Of a stretch of DNA of 64,000 nt, positions 20,948 through 29,547 are shown piece by piece. Source of the DNA: an uncultured Spirochaetota bacterium (GTDB lineage Bacteria > Spirochaetota > Spirochaetia > SZUA-6 > Fen-1364); contig CAWGAA010000001.1 of the NCBI GenBank assembly GCA_963820525.1, forward strand, positions 3,008,001 to 3,072,000. The letters are read 5' to 3'. Both the position numbers and the translations under genes were made by a program. Numbering within the stretch: the stretch's first letter is position 1; every line of letters begins with the position of its first letter. The notes below the pieces were generated by a model. It did not search any database. It was not told the origin of the DNA and saw nothing but the letters and a program-made list of their open reading frames with translations.

Positions 20948-21607
20948 TTGATGGCTGGAGCACGAGCGGCTCAAAAAACGGATCCGCGGATACGACGCAC
21001 TCGGGCGCTTGTCGTGCAGGCCTTCGAGGAGGTGATGGGCGAGAAGGGATTCCATGCCCTGTCGGTGCAGGATGTCGCCATGAAGGCCGGCATCAACCGC
21101 GCGACCTTTTACGATCATTTCAAGGACAAATACGAGCTTCTCAACTATTCCATCCGCCTGGAGTTCGACCATGAGCTCGACAAGCGAAGGCTTAAGGAGG
21201 AAGTCGTGAGCGCTAATGCGCTGCAGCGGCTCCTGATCGCCGTTTGCGAGTTCATTTCGAGAATCCACGCGCACTGCAAGCCGCCTCTCGACCAGCTCGA
21301 TTCGCTGGTGGAGACGCAGGTCAAGGAGGTGATGTCGGAATTGCTTGCGGGGTGGCTGAGAGGGAACGGGTCTGGAGCGAAATCCAGGCGTACTCGCGCG
21401 GGGAAGCTCCCCGCGAAGGCTGCAAGCTGGGCCCTCTATGGCCTTGCCCTGCACTGGGCCCGGGAAGAACGCCCACAGCCGATAGAGACCTTCGCGAACT
21501 CGGCAGTGCCGCTGGTGTCCGGTATTCTCGGGCAGCTCACGGCGAGAGAATCTCGCAGGAGCGGGGAAAGCAGGAGAGGAGGGAGAAACGCCAGCCGGCA
21601 TCGATGA
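20948..21607 (+). CDS. TetR/AcrR-family regulator
   Basis: DPRIRRTR...SVQDVAMKAGINRATFYDHFKDKYEL. Confidence 0.93.
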   Translation: MMAGARAAQKTDPRIRRTRALVVQAFEEVMGEKGFHALSVQDVAMKAGINRATFYDHFKDKYELLNYSIRLEFDHELDKRRLKEEVVSANALQRLLIAVCEFISRIHAHCKPPLDQLDSLVETQVKEVMSELLAGWLRGNGSGAKSRRTRAGKLPAKAASWALYGLALHWAREERPQPIETFANSAVPLVSGILGQLTARESRRSGESRRGGRNASRHR

Positions 21608-21608
21608 T

Positions 21609-22919
21609 TTGAAGTCGGTTTCCTCGAGGATCATTGAAGCCGTCATTCAAGCCGTGGATCCCCGCGCCGCGGTGAGGAGGGCTCTCGGCTTTCGCCGTAA
21701 TGCCCTTGTCGTGTGCGGCGAGGAGCTCGCTCTCAGGGGCAGGCTCGCGCTGGTGTCCGTGGGAAAGGCATCAGTCCCGATGGCGGAAGCCGCAATCGGG
21801 ATCCTTGGCTCCCGGATATCCGGAGGGGTCGTGGTGGCCCCGCACGGCTATTCACACTCCATCTCTCAAGGACTTCCCGCAATCGAAACCATCTTGGCTT
21901 CCCACCCCGTTCCCGACGAGAACAGCATCCGAGCCGCCGGCCGCATCCTCGCGCTCACCGCTTCCCTCGATGAAAATGACGTCTGCCTCGTGATGCTTTC
22001 AGGCGGGGGATCGAGCCTCATGAGCCTGCCCCGGCCTCCCGTGAGCCTGAAGGACCTCCAGGCGACAACGGCCCTCCTTGTAAAATCAGGAGCCGATATA
22101 CGGCGGATCAACACGGTTCGAAAGCACTTGAGCGCGGTTGCCGGCGGGAGGCTCGCGGAAGCGGCCCGCTGCCGCGTGGCCACGCTCGTCATTTCCGACG
22201 TTGTGGGAGATGCGCTTGAAGACGTCGCCTCCGGCCCGACGGTAGCGGATCCCAGCAGCTTCGCGGATGCCCTGGAAATTCTTGAGGAGCGCAATCTTGC
22301 GGCCATGGTTCCGGCTGCTGTCCTCTCGCTGTTGGAGGACGGCGCTGCCGGCCGGGTTCCTGAAACGCCGAAGAGCCTCCCCTCGAAGCACTTTGCGCGC
22401 ATCATCGCGTCCAACACGCTGGCAACGCAGGCTGCGATGAACGAAGCTGCCTCCCTCGGGTATTCTCCATTCCTTCTCACCTCATCGCTCGTGGGAGAAG
22501 CGCGCGACGCCGGCCGGCTCCTTGCAGGCATCGCGGTCGATGTGAAGGAAAACGGCCGACCCATTCCGCCTCCTGCCTGCATCGTCGCCGGCGGCGAAAC
22601 GACTGTCAGCGTGAAGGGCCCAGGACGGGGAGGGAGAAACCAGGAGATCGCCCTCTCAGCCGCGATGGAAATCCGGGGAAAGGAAGGGATCCTTGTCACC
22701 GCCTTCGCCACCGATGGCGTGGACGGAAACACGGACGCCGCCGGCGCCTGGGCATCGGGGAGCACCGTGGAAAGGGGCCGGGCGGCTGGCCTTGATCCTG
22801 TTTCGAGTCTCCGCGACAACGATACCTATGGCTACCTTTCCCGCATCGGAGAGCTTATCGTCGCGGGGCCGACATACACAAACGTGAACGATGTCTCCTT
22901 CGTGCTCGTCGATGGGTGA
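21609..22919 (+). CDS. glycerate 2-kinase (DUF4147/MOFRL family)
   Basis: GKA, HPVPD, SGGGSSL, NTVRKHLS, SDV, GGETTV, GGRNQE, TDGVDG, TNVND. Confidence 0.93.
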   Translation: MKSVSSRIIEAVIQAVDPRAAVRRALGFRRNALVVCGEELALRGRLALVSVGKASVPMAEAAIGILGSRISGGVVVAPHGYSHSISQGLPAIETILASHPVPDENSIRAAGRILALTASLDENDVCLVMLSGGGSSLMSLPRPPVSLKDLQATTALLVKSGADIRRINTVRKHLSAVAGGRLAEAARCRVATLVISDVVGDALEDVASGPTVADPSSFADALEILEERNLAAMVPAAVLSLLEDGAAGRVPETPKSLPSKHFARIIASNTLATQAAMNEAASLGYSPFLLTSSLVGEARDAGRLLAGIAVDVKENGRPIPPPACIVAGGETTVSVKGPGRGGRNQEIALSAAMEIRGKEGILVTAFATDGVDGNTDAAGAWASGSTVERGRAAGLDPVSSLRDNDTYGYLSRIGELIVAGPTYTNVNDVSFVLVDG

Positions 22920-22986
22920 TGCGCGGGCTTGATTTCGGCTTTTTTCGTGCCTATTTTAGCGCAATGACCGGTCGAGGAGGCATCCC

Positions 22987-24345
22987 ATGGCGCATCCCGT
23001 GAGCGACAGCATCTCCAGGCGATTGGACGATCTTCCCCTGGGCGGTTTCCACCGCAGGCTCCTTGTCGTGAGCGGGCTCGGGTGGATGTTCGACGCGCTG
23101 GACGTCGGTCTCATCGGCTTCGTTCTGGCGGCGCTGGTGGGGGAGTGGAAGCTGCACCCGCAGCAGGTGGGGCTCATCAGCAGCGCGGGATTCGCGGGAA
23201 TGTTCGCCGGAGCGCTGATCGCGGGTCTCCTCGCGGACCGATTCGGACGTAAGCCCCTGTTCCAGGCCACGATGCTCGTCTACAGCCTCGCGACGGGCCT
23301 CTGCGCTCTTGCCGGAGGCCTGGCCTCCCTCCTCGGCCTTCGGTTCCTGGTCGGACTCGGACTCGGGGGAGAGCTTCCCGTGGCGAGCACCCTGGTGAGC
23401 GAGCTTTCCCCGGCTCGTCGAAGAGGCCTCATGATAGTGCTCCTGGAGAGCTTCTGGGCATACGGGTGGGTCATCGCCGCGCTCATCGGCTACCTGGTCA
23501 TCCCCCGTTTCGGCTGGCGCGTTGCATTCCTGATCGGAGCGCTTCCGGCCCTGTACGTGCTTCTTCTCAGGCGGGGCATTCCCGAATCGCCCCGCTTCCT
23601 TGCGGGAAGGGGAAGGCGTGAAGAAGCCGAGCGGGTGGTCCGGCAGGTCGAAGGAGACCGTCGTGAGGCGACCGCGAAGTCGCGCGTCAAATCCTCAGAG
23701 CCACCCGCGGAGCGCGGCAGGTGGAGAGAGCTCTTCAGCCGGCCCTACATCCGGAGGACCGTGATGCTCTGGGTTCTGTGGTTCGGGATCGTGTTCTCGT
23801 ACTATGGGATCTTCACCTGGCTGCCCAGCATCCTTCGCGCCCGGTTCCCCCTGGTCACGAGCTTCGAGTACACGCTGATCATCACTCTGGCCCAGATACC
23901 CGGATATTTCAGCGCGGCATTCCTCGTGGAGCGTTGGGGCCGTAAGATCACCCTGACGGTCTATCTCCTTGCCTGCGCCGTCGGCGCCTATCTCTTCCGG
24001 CAGGCCGGAAGCCCCGCGATGATCCTGCTCTGGGGCTCGGTCATCTCCTTCTTTAACCTCGGCGCCTGGGGCGTCGTCTACACGTACACCCCGGAGTTAT
24101 ACCCGACCGGGATCAGGGGCAGTGGTGCCGGATCCGCGGCGGCATTCGGACGCATCGGAGGAATCATTGGACCCTACGTGGTCGGCCTTCTCCTGCCCAC
24201 CTGGGGAGCGGGAATAGGGGCTATATTCGCAATGTTCGCGGCCGTGTTTCTCGTCATTGCGGCGGTTGTTTTCATCCTGGGGGAGGAAACCCGCGGGGCG
24301 AGCCTTGAAAAGATCGCGATGAAAAAGAATCCCGTAAGCACTTGA
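22987..24345 (+). CDS. MFS transporter (NiaP/YceI or aromatic acid symporter-like)
   Basis: WMFDALD, ADRFGRK, GLGGELP, PESPR, YTPELYPT. Confidence 0.92.
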   Translation: MAHPVSDSISRRLDDLPLGGFHRRLLVVSGLGWMFDALDVGLIGFVLAALVGEWKLHPQQVGLISSAGFAGMFAGALIAGLLADRFGRKPLFQATMLVYSLATGLCALAGGLASLLGLRFLVGLGLGGELPVASTLVSELSPARRRGLMIVLLESFWAYGWVIAALIGYLVIPRFGWRVAFLIGALPALYVLLLRRGIPESPRFLAGRGRREEAERVVRQVEGDRREATAKSRVKSSEPPAERGRWRELFSRPYIRRTVMLWVLWFGIVFSYYGIFTWLPSILRARFPLVTSFEYTLIITLAQIPGYFSAAFLVERWGRKITLTVYLLACAVGAYLFRQAGSPAMILLWGSVISFFNLGAWGVVYTYTPELYPTGIRGSGAGSAAAFGRIGGIIGPYVVGLLLPTWGAGIGAIFAMFAAVFLVIAAVVFILGEETRGASLEKIAMKKNPVST

Positions 24346-24370
24346 CAAGAGAGGATTGTTTTATTATTCT
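24342..24370 (+). promoter_or_regulatory. sigma70 promoter of the arsR-gsh operon
   Basis: TTGACA-17 nt-TATTCT, 6 nt before GTG 24377. Confidence 0.7.
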
Positions 24371-24376
24371 ATAACC

Positions 24377-24664
24377 GTGAAACTAACCGAGCGGGTGAAG
24401 ATCTTCAAGGCTCTCGCCTGCGAGCAGAGGATCCAGCTCCTGCAGCTTCTCAAGCAATGGGAAGGCCTGGACGCCTGTTGTGACGGGGTTTTGAAGGCAT
24501 TCACCAAGGCGAGCGAGGAGCTCAGTATTTCCCGCTCCACGCTTTCGCATCATTTCAAGGAGCTCGAGAATGCTGGCCTCATTGTCTGCCATCGAAATGG
24601 GCAGGCCATGGCGTGCAAGATCAACGAGGACGCGATCCGGGAGGTCCAGGAGTTCATGAAGTAA
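24377..24664 (+). CDS. ArsR/SmtB-family regulator, Cys-rich
   Basis: FKALACEQRIQLL...ACCDG...SRSTLSHHFKELENAGLI; five Cys. Confidence 0.9.
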   Translation: MKLTERVKIFKALACEQRIQLLQLLKQWEGLDACCDGVLKAFTKASEELSISRSTLSHHFKELENAGLIVCHRNGQAMACKINEDAIREVQEFMK

Positions 24665-24733
24665 GGGTGTCGTTTTTTTTTCTGAGAATTGTTCGACAGT
24701 TGTAGTATTCTAAACATCAGAAAGGATAAAACA

Positions 24734-26122
24734 ATGATTCGATCAGATCAAGGACAAGACTCAGGCGGCTCAACAAAGCCCCTTTCGGATTTTCGCTGGG
24801 GCGTGGAGCGCGAGACGCATCGTGTGCTTCCTGACGGCTCCATCAGCCTCTCCGCCCACCCCGAAGCCCTCTCGAAGCCGGGTTTCACCCGTGATTTTGC
24901 CGAAAGCCAGCTCGAGATCGTGACCGCTCCAAAAACCAGCATCCCAAAGGCGCTCGCGGATCTCGAGCATCTCACTGCAGAGGCCGATCGCGCCCTCGGC
25001 CAGGAGCTTCTCTGGCCCTTCAGCATGCCGCCAAGGCTTCCAGAGGAATCGCGGATCCCCATCGCAAGGTTTGGAACTGGAGAATGGGCGCGCCGTGCAG
25101 AGCTCTACAGGCTGGGGCTCGCTTCCCGCTATGGAAAAGCCAGGCAGATGATCTGTGGGGTACATCTCAACGTCTCCTTCGGGGAGGCGCTCCTGAGCCG
25201 AATGTCGGCCGAATCCCCCCTTACCCCGGAGGAGGCGCGAAGCGGCCGACCTTCAGACGGGTATGCCCTGCGGCTCGCAAGAAATCTCTACGAGCAGCTT
25301 CCCCTGTTGATTCTGCTCTTGGGCGCTTCACCGCTCATGGGAGGCGTGGACGAGACCGAGGAGCTCTACGCGGTTTCCTACCGCAACAGCCGGTTCGGCT
25401 ATGCGGGAAGCGAGTACCGCCCCTACCTGGATCTCCAGTCATTCCCGTCCTATCTCTCGGGGATCCGCAAAGGAATGAGGACGGAGTCTCCCGCATTCAA
25501 GTCTCTCGGTCTGGTCCAGGACGGCCGGGCAACCCAGCTCAACGGCATGATCTTCCAGTCTGAAAAGGAGTTCTACGCTCCCATTCGCCTGAGGCAGCGC
25601 CTCCTGCCCGGCGAATCCACCCTTCAAGCTCTCTCCAAGCGGGGCGTGGGGTACCTCGAGCTTCGGTTCCTGGATGTGGACCCCTTTGCCGGAACAGGGG
25701 TGAGCGAGGAGACGCTCCGGCTCATCCATCTTTTTATCCTGGACGGATTGGCAAGACCAACCCAGCCACGCGGACGAGAGGCCCTAGGCGAAGATCTATC
25801 CCGGGCTACCGACGCCGCCCTGAAGAATCCGCTCCAGCTGATCGCATCCGCCGGCTCCGACCTTCTCCTTCGAGCGGCGGATGAACGGCTGGCCGATCTC
25901 GATTCCTGGGCCAGGCGGCTGAACGAGGAGACGTGGGACGATACCTACACGGCCGTGCTCGAACTGTTCAGACGGAGGATCTGCGATCCGCGCCTTCTCA
26001 CCTCGGCGGCTCTCATCCGGGCTTTCGAGAAGAGCGGCTTGGACTGGTCCTCTTTCGGCGTTCAAACGGCAGTCGAACACAGGCAAGGAGCTGAACATGA
26101 ACTGGAATACGCCAGGCTTTAA
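24734..26122 (+). CDS. gshA: glutamate--cysteine ligase (GshA-type, like the N-terminal half of GshF)
   Basis: GVERETHRV, DFAESQLEIVT, WPFSMP, YRLGLASRYG..Q.ICGVH.N.SF, EKEFYAPIR, YLELRFLDVDPF. Start ATG 24734 follows AAGGA. Confidence 0.92.
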   Translation: MIRSDQGQDSGGSTKPLSDFRWGVERETHRVLPDGSISLSAHPEALSKPGFTRDFAESQLEIVTAPKTSIPKALADLEHLTAEADRALGQELLWPFSMPPRLPEESRIPIARFGTGEWARRAELYRLGLASRYGKARQMICGVHLNVSFGEALLSRMSAESPLTPEEARSGRPSDGYALRLARNLYEQLPLLILLLGASPLMGGVDETEELYAVSYRNSRFGYAGSEYRPYLDLQSFPSYLSGIRKGMRTESPAFKSLGLVQDGRATQLNGMIFQSEKEFYAPIRLRQRLLPGESTLQALSKRGVGYLELRFLDVDPFAGTGVSEETLRLIHLFILDGLARPTQPRGREALGEDLSRATDAALKNPLQLIASAGSDLLLRAADERLADLDSWARRLNEETWDDTYTAVLELFRRRICDPRLLTSAALIRAFEKSGLDWSSFGVQTAVEHRQGAEHELEYARL

Positions 26123-27092
26123 GGGATTCGAGCTGTCCACTCAGCTCGTGATAAAGGAGGCGCTCCAGCGCGGCCACGCCGTCGAGGTGTTGGACCCGAA
26201 GTCGAACTTCATCCGCATCACGGGCAACGGCAAGACGGAGTATATCCGGCAGGCCACCAGGACATCGGCGGATACCTATGTGAGCTCTCTCATCATGGAG
26301 AACAAGAAGGTCACCAAGACGGTTCTCAAGGAAGCGGGGATTCGGGTGCCGACGGGAAAGGACTACGCGGACATCGGCGAGGTTATAAGAGATTTCGGGC
26401 TGTGGAAGGGCAGGGATACGGTGATAAAGCCCAACACGACAAACTTCGGCAAAGCGGTCTCCATCCTCATCGCCCCGTTCAACGAGGAGGAGTACCTCCA
26501 TGCGGCCAGGAGCGCGTTCGCGGAAGACGAGGTTATCCTGGCGGAGGAGTTCATCCCGGGAAAGGAATACCGGTTCCTCGTCATTGGCGGGGCGGTCCGG
26601 GCTGTCCTCCACAGGGTCCCGGCCAACGTCACGGGAGACGGCATCAAGACGATCGCCCAGCTCATTGCCGAGAAAAACTCCAACCCACTTCGGGGAAAGG
26701 GCTATACGAGCCCCCTGGAAAAGCTCCGCGCGGGAGCCGAGGAGGAGGAGTATCTCCGCGCCCAGAGGCTTTCATTCGAATCGGTTCCCGACGCGGGGCG
26801 TACGGTGTTCTTGCGCAAGAACTCCAACATCAGTACGGGAGGCGACAGCATCGACTTCACAGACGACGTTCACCCCGGATACAAGGACATCGCTGCCGCG
26901 GCGGCCGCGTCGGTCGGGGCCCTCATCTGCGGAGTCGACATGATGGTGCGGGACGTGACGGCAGAGCCCACCGGGGACAACTACGGCGTGATCGAGCTGA
27001 ACTTCAACCCGGCCCTCCACATCCACGATTTTCCTTACAAGGGAAAGAACCGCGGCGTGGAGAAGCACGTGCTGGATCTCCTGGATTTGTGA
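26097..27092 (+). CDS. ATP-grasp glutathione synthetase domain (C-terminal half of GshF/GshAB) as a separate gene
   Basis: ELSTQ, EYIRQATRTSADTY, NKKVTK, KPNTTNFG, EYRF, RVPANVTGDG, NSNISTGGDS, IELNFNP; own RBS AAGGAG at 26085. Confidence 0.88.
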   Translation: MNWNTPGFKGFELSTQLVIKEALQRGHAVEVLDPKSNFIRITGNGKTEYIRQATRTSADTYVSSLIMENKKVTKTVLKEAGIRVPTGKDYADIGEVIRDFGLWKGRDTVIKPNTTNFGKAVSILIAPFNEEEYLHAARSAFAEDEVILAEEFIPGKEYRFLVIGGAVRAVLHRVPANVTGDGIKTIAQLIAEKNSNPLRGKGYTSPLEKLRAGAEEEEYLRAQRLSFESVPDAGRTVFLRKNSNISTGGDSIDFTDDVHPGYKDIAAAAAASVGALICGVDMMVRDVTAEPTGDNYGVIELNFNPALHIHDFPYKGKNRGVEKHVLDLLDL

Positions 27093-27099
27093 GGCGGCC

Positions 27100-28032
27100 A
27101 TGCTGAGTATTCACGGATTGACGAAAAGCTATAAAACCTCAACCGAGCCCGCCTTGGCATCCGTCGGATTCGACGTGCAAAGGGGAGAGTTCCTGGCGCT
27201 CCTGGGCCCCAACGGCGCGGGCAAGTCCACGCTGATCGACATCCTCTCCGGGAGGGTGGACGCGGATTCGGGAACCATCCGTATCGATGGGGAGGAGCTC
27301 AAGGCGGGCAGGCCGGACCTCCGTGCGATGATCGGGACAGTGCCCCAGGAGATCCGCTTCGACTACGTGTTCACGGTCGAGGAGCTTCTCCGCCTGGAGA
27401 GGGGGTTCTACGGGCTCCGCAGGGACGACGCCCACATCCGCTACCTCCTGGAAAGACTTTCGCTTGCCGATAAGAGGCGCGTGCGCGTTCGAGCCCTTTC
27501 CGGAGGGATGAAGCGCAGGCTCATGATCGCCAGGGCTCTGGTTCACAAGCCGCGCCTCCTGCTCCTTGACGAGCCGACCGCCGGAGTAGACCTCCAGCTC
27601 CGGCTGGACATGTACAGCTTCCTTCGGGAGCTTTCCGCGGGCGGGCTGACGATCATCCTGACAACACACTACCTGGAGGAGGCGGAGCAGCTCTGCGGCC
27701 GGATCGTCGTCCTGGACAGGGGGCGGCTGGTGGCGAACGAATCGCGGGACGCATTCCTGAAGATGGGCGGAGATTCCCTCACCGTGGAGATCAAGACGGG
27801 CGCCCAAGAGAAGATCCGGGCCCTTTTCGAAGCTGATGGAGCCCTGCAAGTGACGGGCGGCCATGACGGCCTGAAGTTCGTGTTTCCCGAATCCTCCCGC
27901 ATGTCCCTGCTACGGACCCTCTCGATTGCAGCCCCGCATATCGAATCTTTTCAGATCAGAAAACCGAAGCTGGAGGAGGTTTTCGTGAAGCTCACCGGCA
28001 GGAAGGAGGCTTCGGATGTCCCTGTCCTCTGA
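27100..28032 (+). CDS. ABC exporter ATP-binding subunit (YadG/DrrA-like)
   Basis: GPNGAGKST, LSGGMKRR, LDEPTAGVD, TTHYLEEAE. Confidence 0.93.
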   Translation: MLSIHGLTKSYKTSTEPALASVGFDVQRGEFLALLGPNGAGKSTLIDILSGRVDADSGTIRIDGEELKAGRPDLRAMIGTVPQEIRFDYVFTVEELLRLERGFYGLRRDDAHIRYLLERLSLADKRRVRVRALSGGMKRRLMIARALVHKPRLLLLDEPTAGVDLQLRLDMYSFLRELSAGGLTIILTTHYLEEAEQLCGRIVVLDRGRLVANESRDAFLKMGGDSLTVEIKTGAQEKIRALFEADGALQVTGGHDGLKFVFPESSRMSLLRTLSIAAPHIESFQIRKPKLEEVFVKLTGRKEASDVPVL

Positions 28033-28807
28033 TATGTCCTTCAGCCGCTGGATTGCCTTCTTCACGCTTCTCAAGCGTGAGGTGATGAGGTACATGAAGC
28101 TCGCCGTCCAGACCGTGGTGGGCCCGTTTCTGTCCAACCTCTTCTTTCTCGCGGTGTTCGGCGGTCTCCTGTCCGCCCGTTCCAGCGGCCTGGAGGGAGT
28201 TCCCTATGTCAGGCTCCTGGTTCCCGGCCTGATCTTCATGGGCGCTTTTCTCTCCTCGTTCCAGAATCCCGTGTTCTCGCTCATCTCCATGAAATACCAG
28301 AACACCCTGCAGGATCTCTGCCAATATCCGCTCTCGGCGGTATCCCGCTTCCTCGCCTTTTCTTTTGCAGGCGCCCTTCGGGGGCTCCTGGTCGGGGGAA
28401 TGACATACGCGGCAGCAGGCCTTTTCGCCGGCTATGCCATCCACAACCCCCTGCTGTTCTGGGCCTACATCGCCTCCGTCTCTTTCATAGGGGCGACGGG
28501 GGGCATCGCGGCCGGGCTGTACCTCGATTCCTTCGAGAAGGCGAACTTCATCGTGGGCCTCGTCCTCACTCCGGCCCTTTACCTGAGCGGCGTGTTCTAC
28601 TACCCCGACGGCGCCACTTCGTGGCTGGGCATCCTGGCCCGCTACAATCCCCTCACCTTTCTGGTTGGTGCGGGTCGGAATCTCTTTCTGGGCGTCGGCG
28701 CGCTGGGAGGTCCCGTGACCATCCTGCTGGCCGGCGTCTTCTGCGCGGCGCTGGTGGCGCTTTCAGCAGCGGCGATCCTTTCCGGCAAGGGAATGAAGAT
28801 AGAGTGA
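28016..28807 (+). CDS. ABC-2 type exporter permease (YadH-like)
   Basis: REVMRY..QT..P, PGLIFM, LSGVFY, YNP; six TMs; overlaps the ATPase gene. Confidence 0.9.
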   Translation: MSLSSDMSFSRWIAFFTLLKREVMRYMKLAVQTVVGPFLSNLFFLAVFGGLLSARSSGLEGVPYVRLLVPGLIFMGAFLSSFQNPVFSLISMKYQNTLQDLCQYPLSAVSRFLAFSFAGALRGLLVGGMTYAAAGLFAGYAIHNPLLFWAYIASVSFIGATGGIAAGLYLDSFEKANFIVGLVLTPALYLSGVFYYPDGATSWLGILARYNPLTFLVGAGRNLFLGVGALGGPVTILLAGVFCAALVALSAAAILSGKGMKIE

Positions 28808-28823
28808 TGAAAGGGGGAATTCG

Positions 28824-29468
28824 ATGAAAGAGATCGAGTTCGGCGTCGGGGCCTGTCCTTTCCCGACGGGCGCGAACAGGGGACCCGTCCGGCGCTATAT
28901 CCGCGGTATCGCGTGCTCGCTGATGAGGGTGGCCTTTTTTCCTGCCGATGTCATGACCATTTGGAGGAAGGATCCGGCGCTCCACGGCAGACCGCTCGCG
29001 TTCCTGGAGGTGCCGCTCTACGCTTCGTTCTGGGCGATGCTTTTCCACAGGGTGGCCCATCCGCTGCATTCCATCGGCGTGCCGTTCCTGCCGCGCCTCT
29101 TGAGCCAGATCGCACGATTCCTTACCGGGATCGAGATCCACCCCGGGGCGGTCATCGGAGCCGGCCTGTTCATCGACCACGGCATGGGGGTTGTGATCGG
29201 GGAGACCGCCATCGTCGGCGATGAAGTGCTCCTGTTCCATGGGGTGACGCTGGGCGGCGTTGACGCGCGGCCGGGCCGCCGCCATCCCCTCGTGGGAAGC
29301 AGGGTCGTCGTCGGCGCCGGGGCGAAGGTGCTGGGCGCGATCACGATCGGAGAGGGGGCGAAGATCGGCGCCCAATCCGTGGTCCTGGCGGACGTTCCGG
29401 CGGGGGCCACCGCCGTCGGGATTCCCGCGAGAGTGCTCCAGAAGCAGGGATTGGAGAAGGCGGTATAA
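28824..29468 (+). CDS. cysE: serine O-acetyltransferase
   Basis: KDPA, HRVAH, TGIEIHPGA, FIDHGMGVVIGET, GVTLGG, RHP, VGIPAR. Confidence 0.92.
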   Translation: MKEIEFGVGACPFPTGANRGPVRRYIRGIACSLMRVAFFPADVMTIWRKDPALHGRPLAFLEVPLYASFWAMLFHRVAHPLHSIGVPFLPRLLSQIARFLTGIEIHPGAVIGAGLFIDHGMGVVIGETAIVGDEVLLFHGVTLGGVDARPGRRHPLVGSRVVVGAGAKVLGAITIGEGAKIGAQSVVLADVPAGATAVGIPARVLQKQGLEKAV

Positions 29469-29547
29469 GAGTCGCGGCGGAGAGGGTGCCGCTGTGGCCG
29501 GCGCCGTCCGGGCCATTTACGGCGCGGACGGTCGGCTCCTGCCGCCC

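Noticed and set aside
24685..24715. ArsR operator between arsR and gshA (TTCGACAGTTGTAGTA)
   Set aside because: The dyad symmetry is too weak to call from sequence alone.
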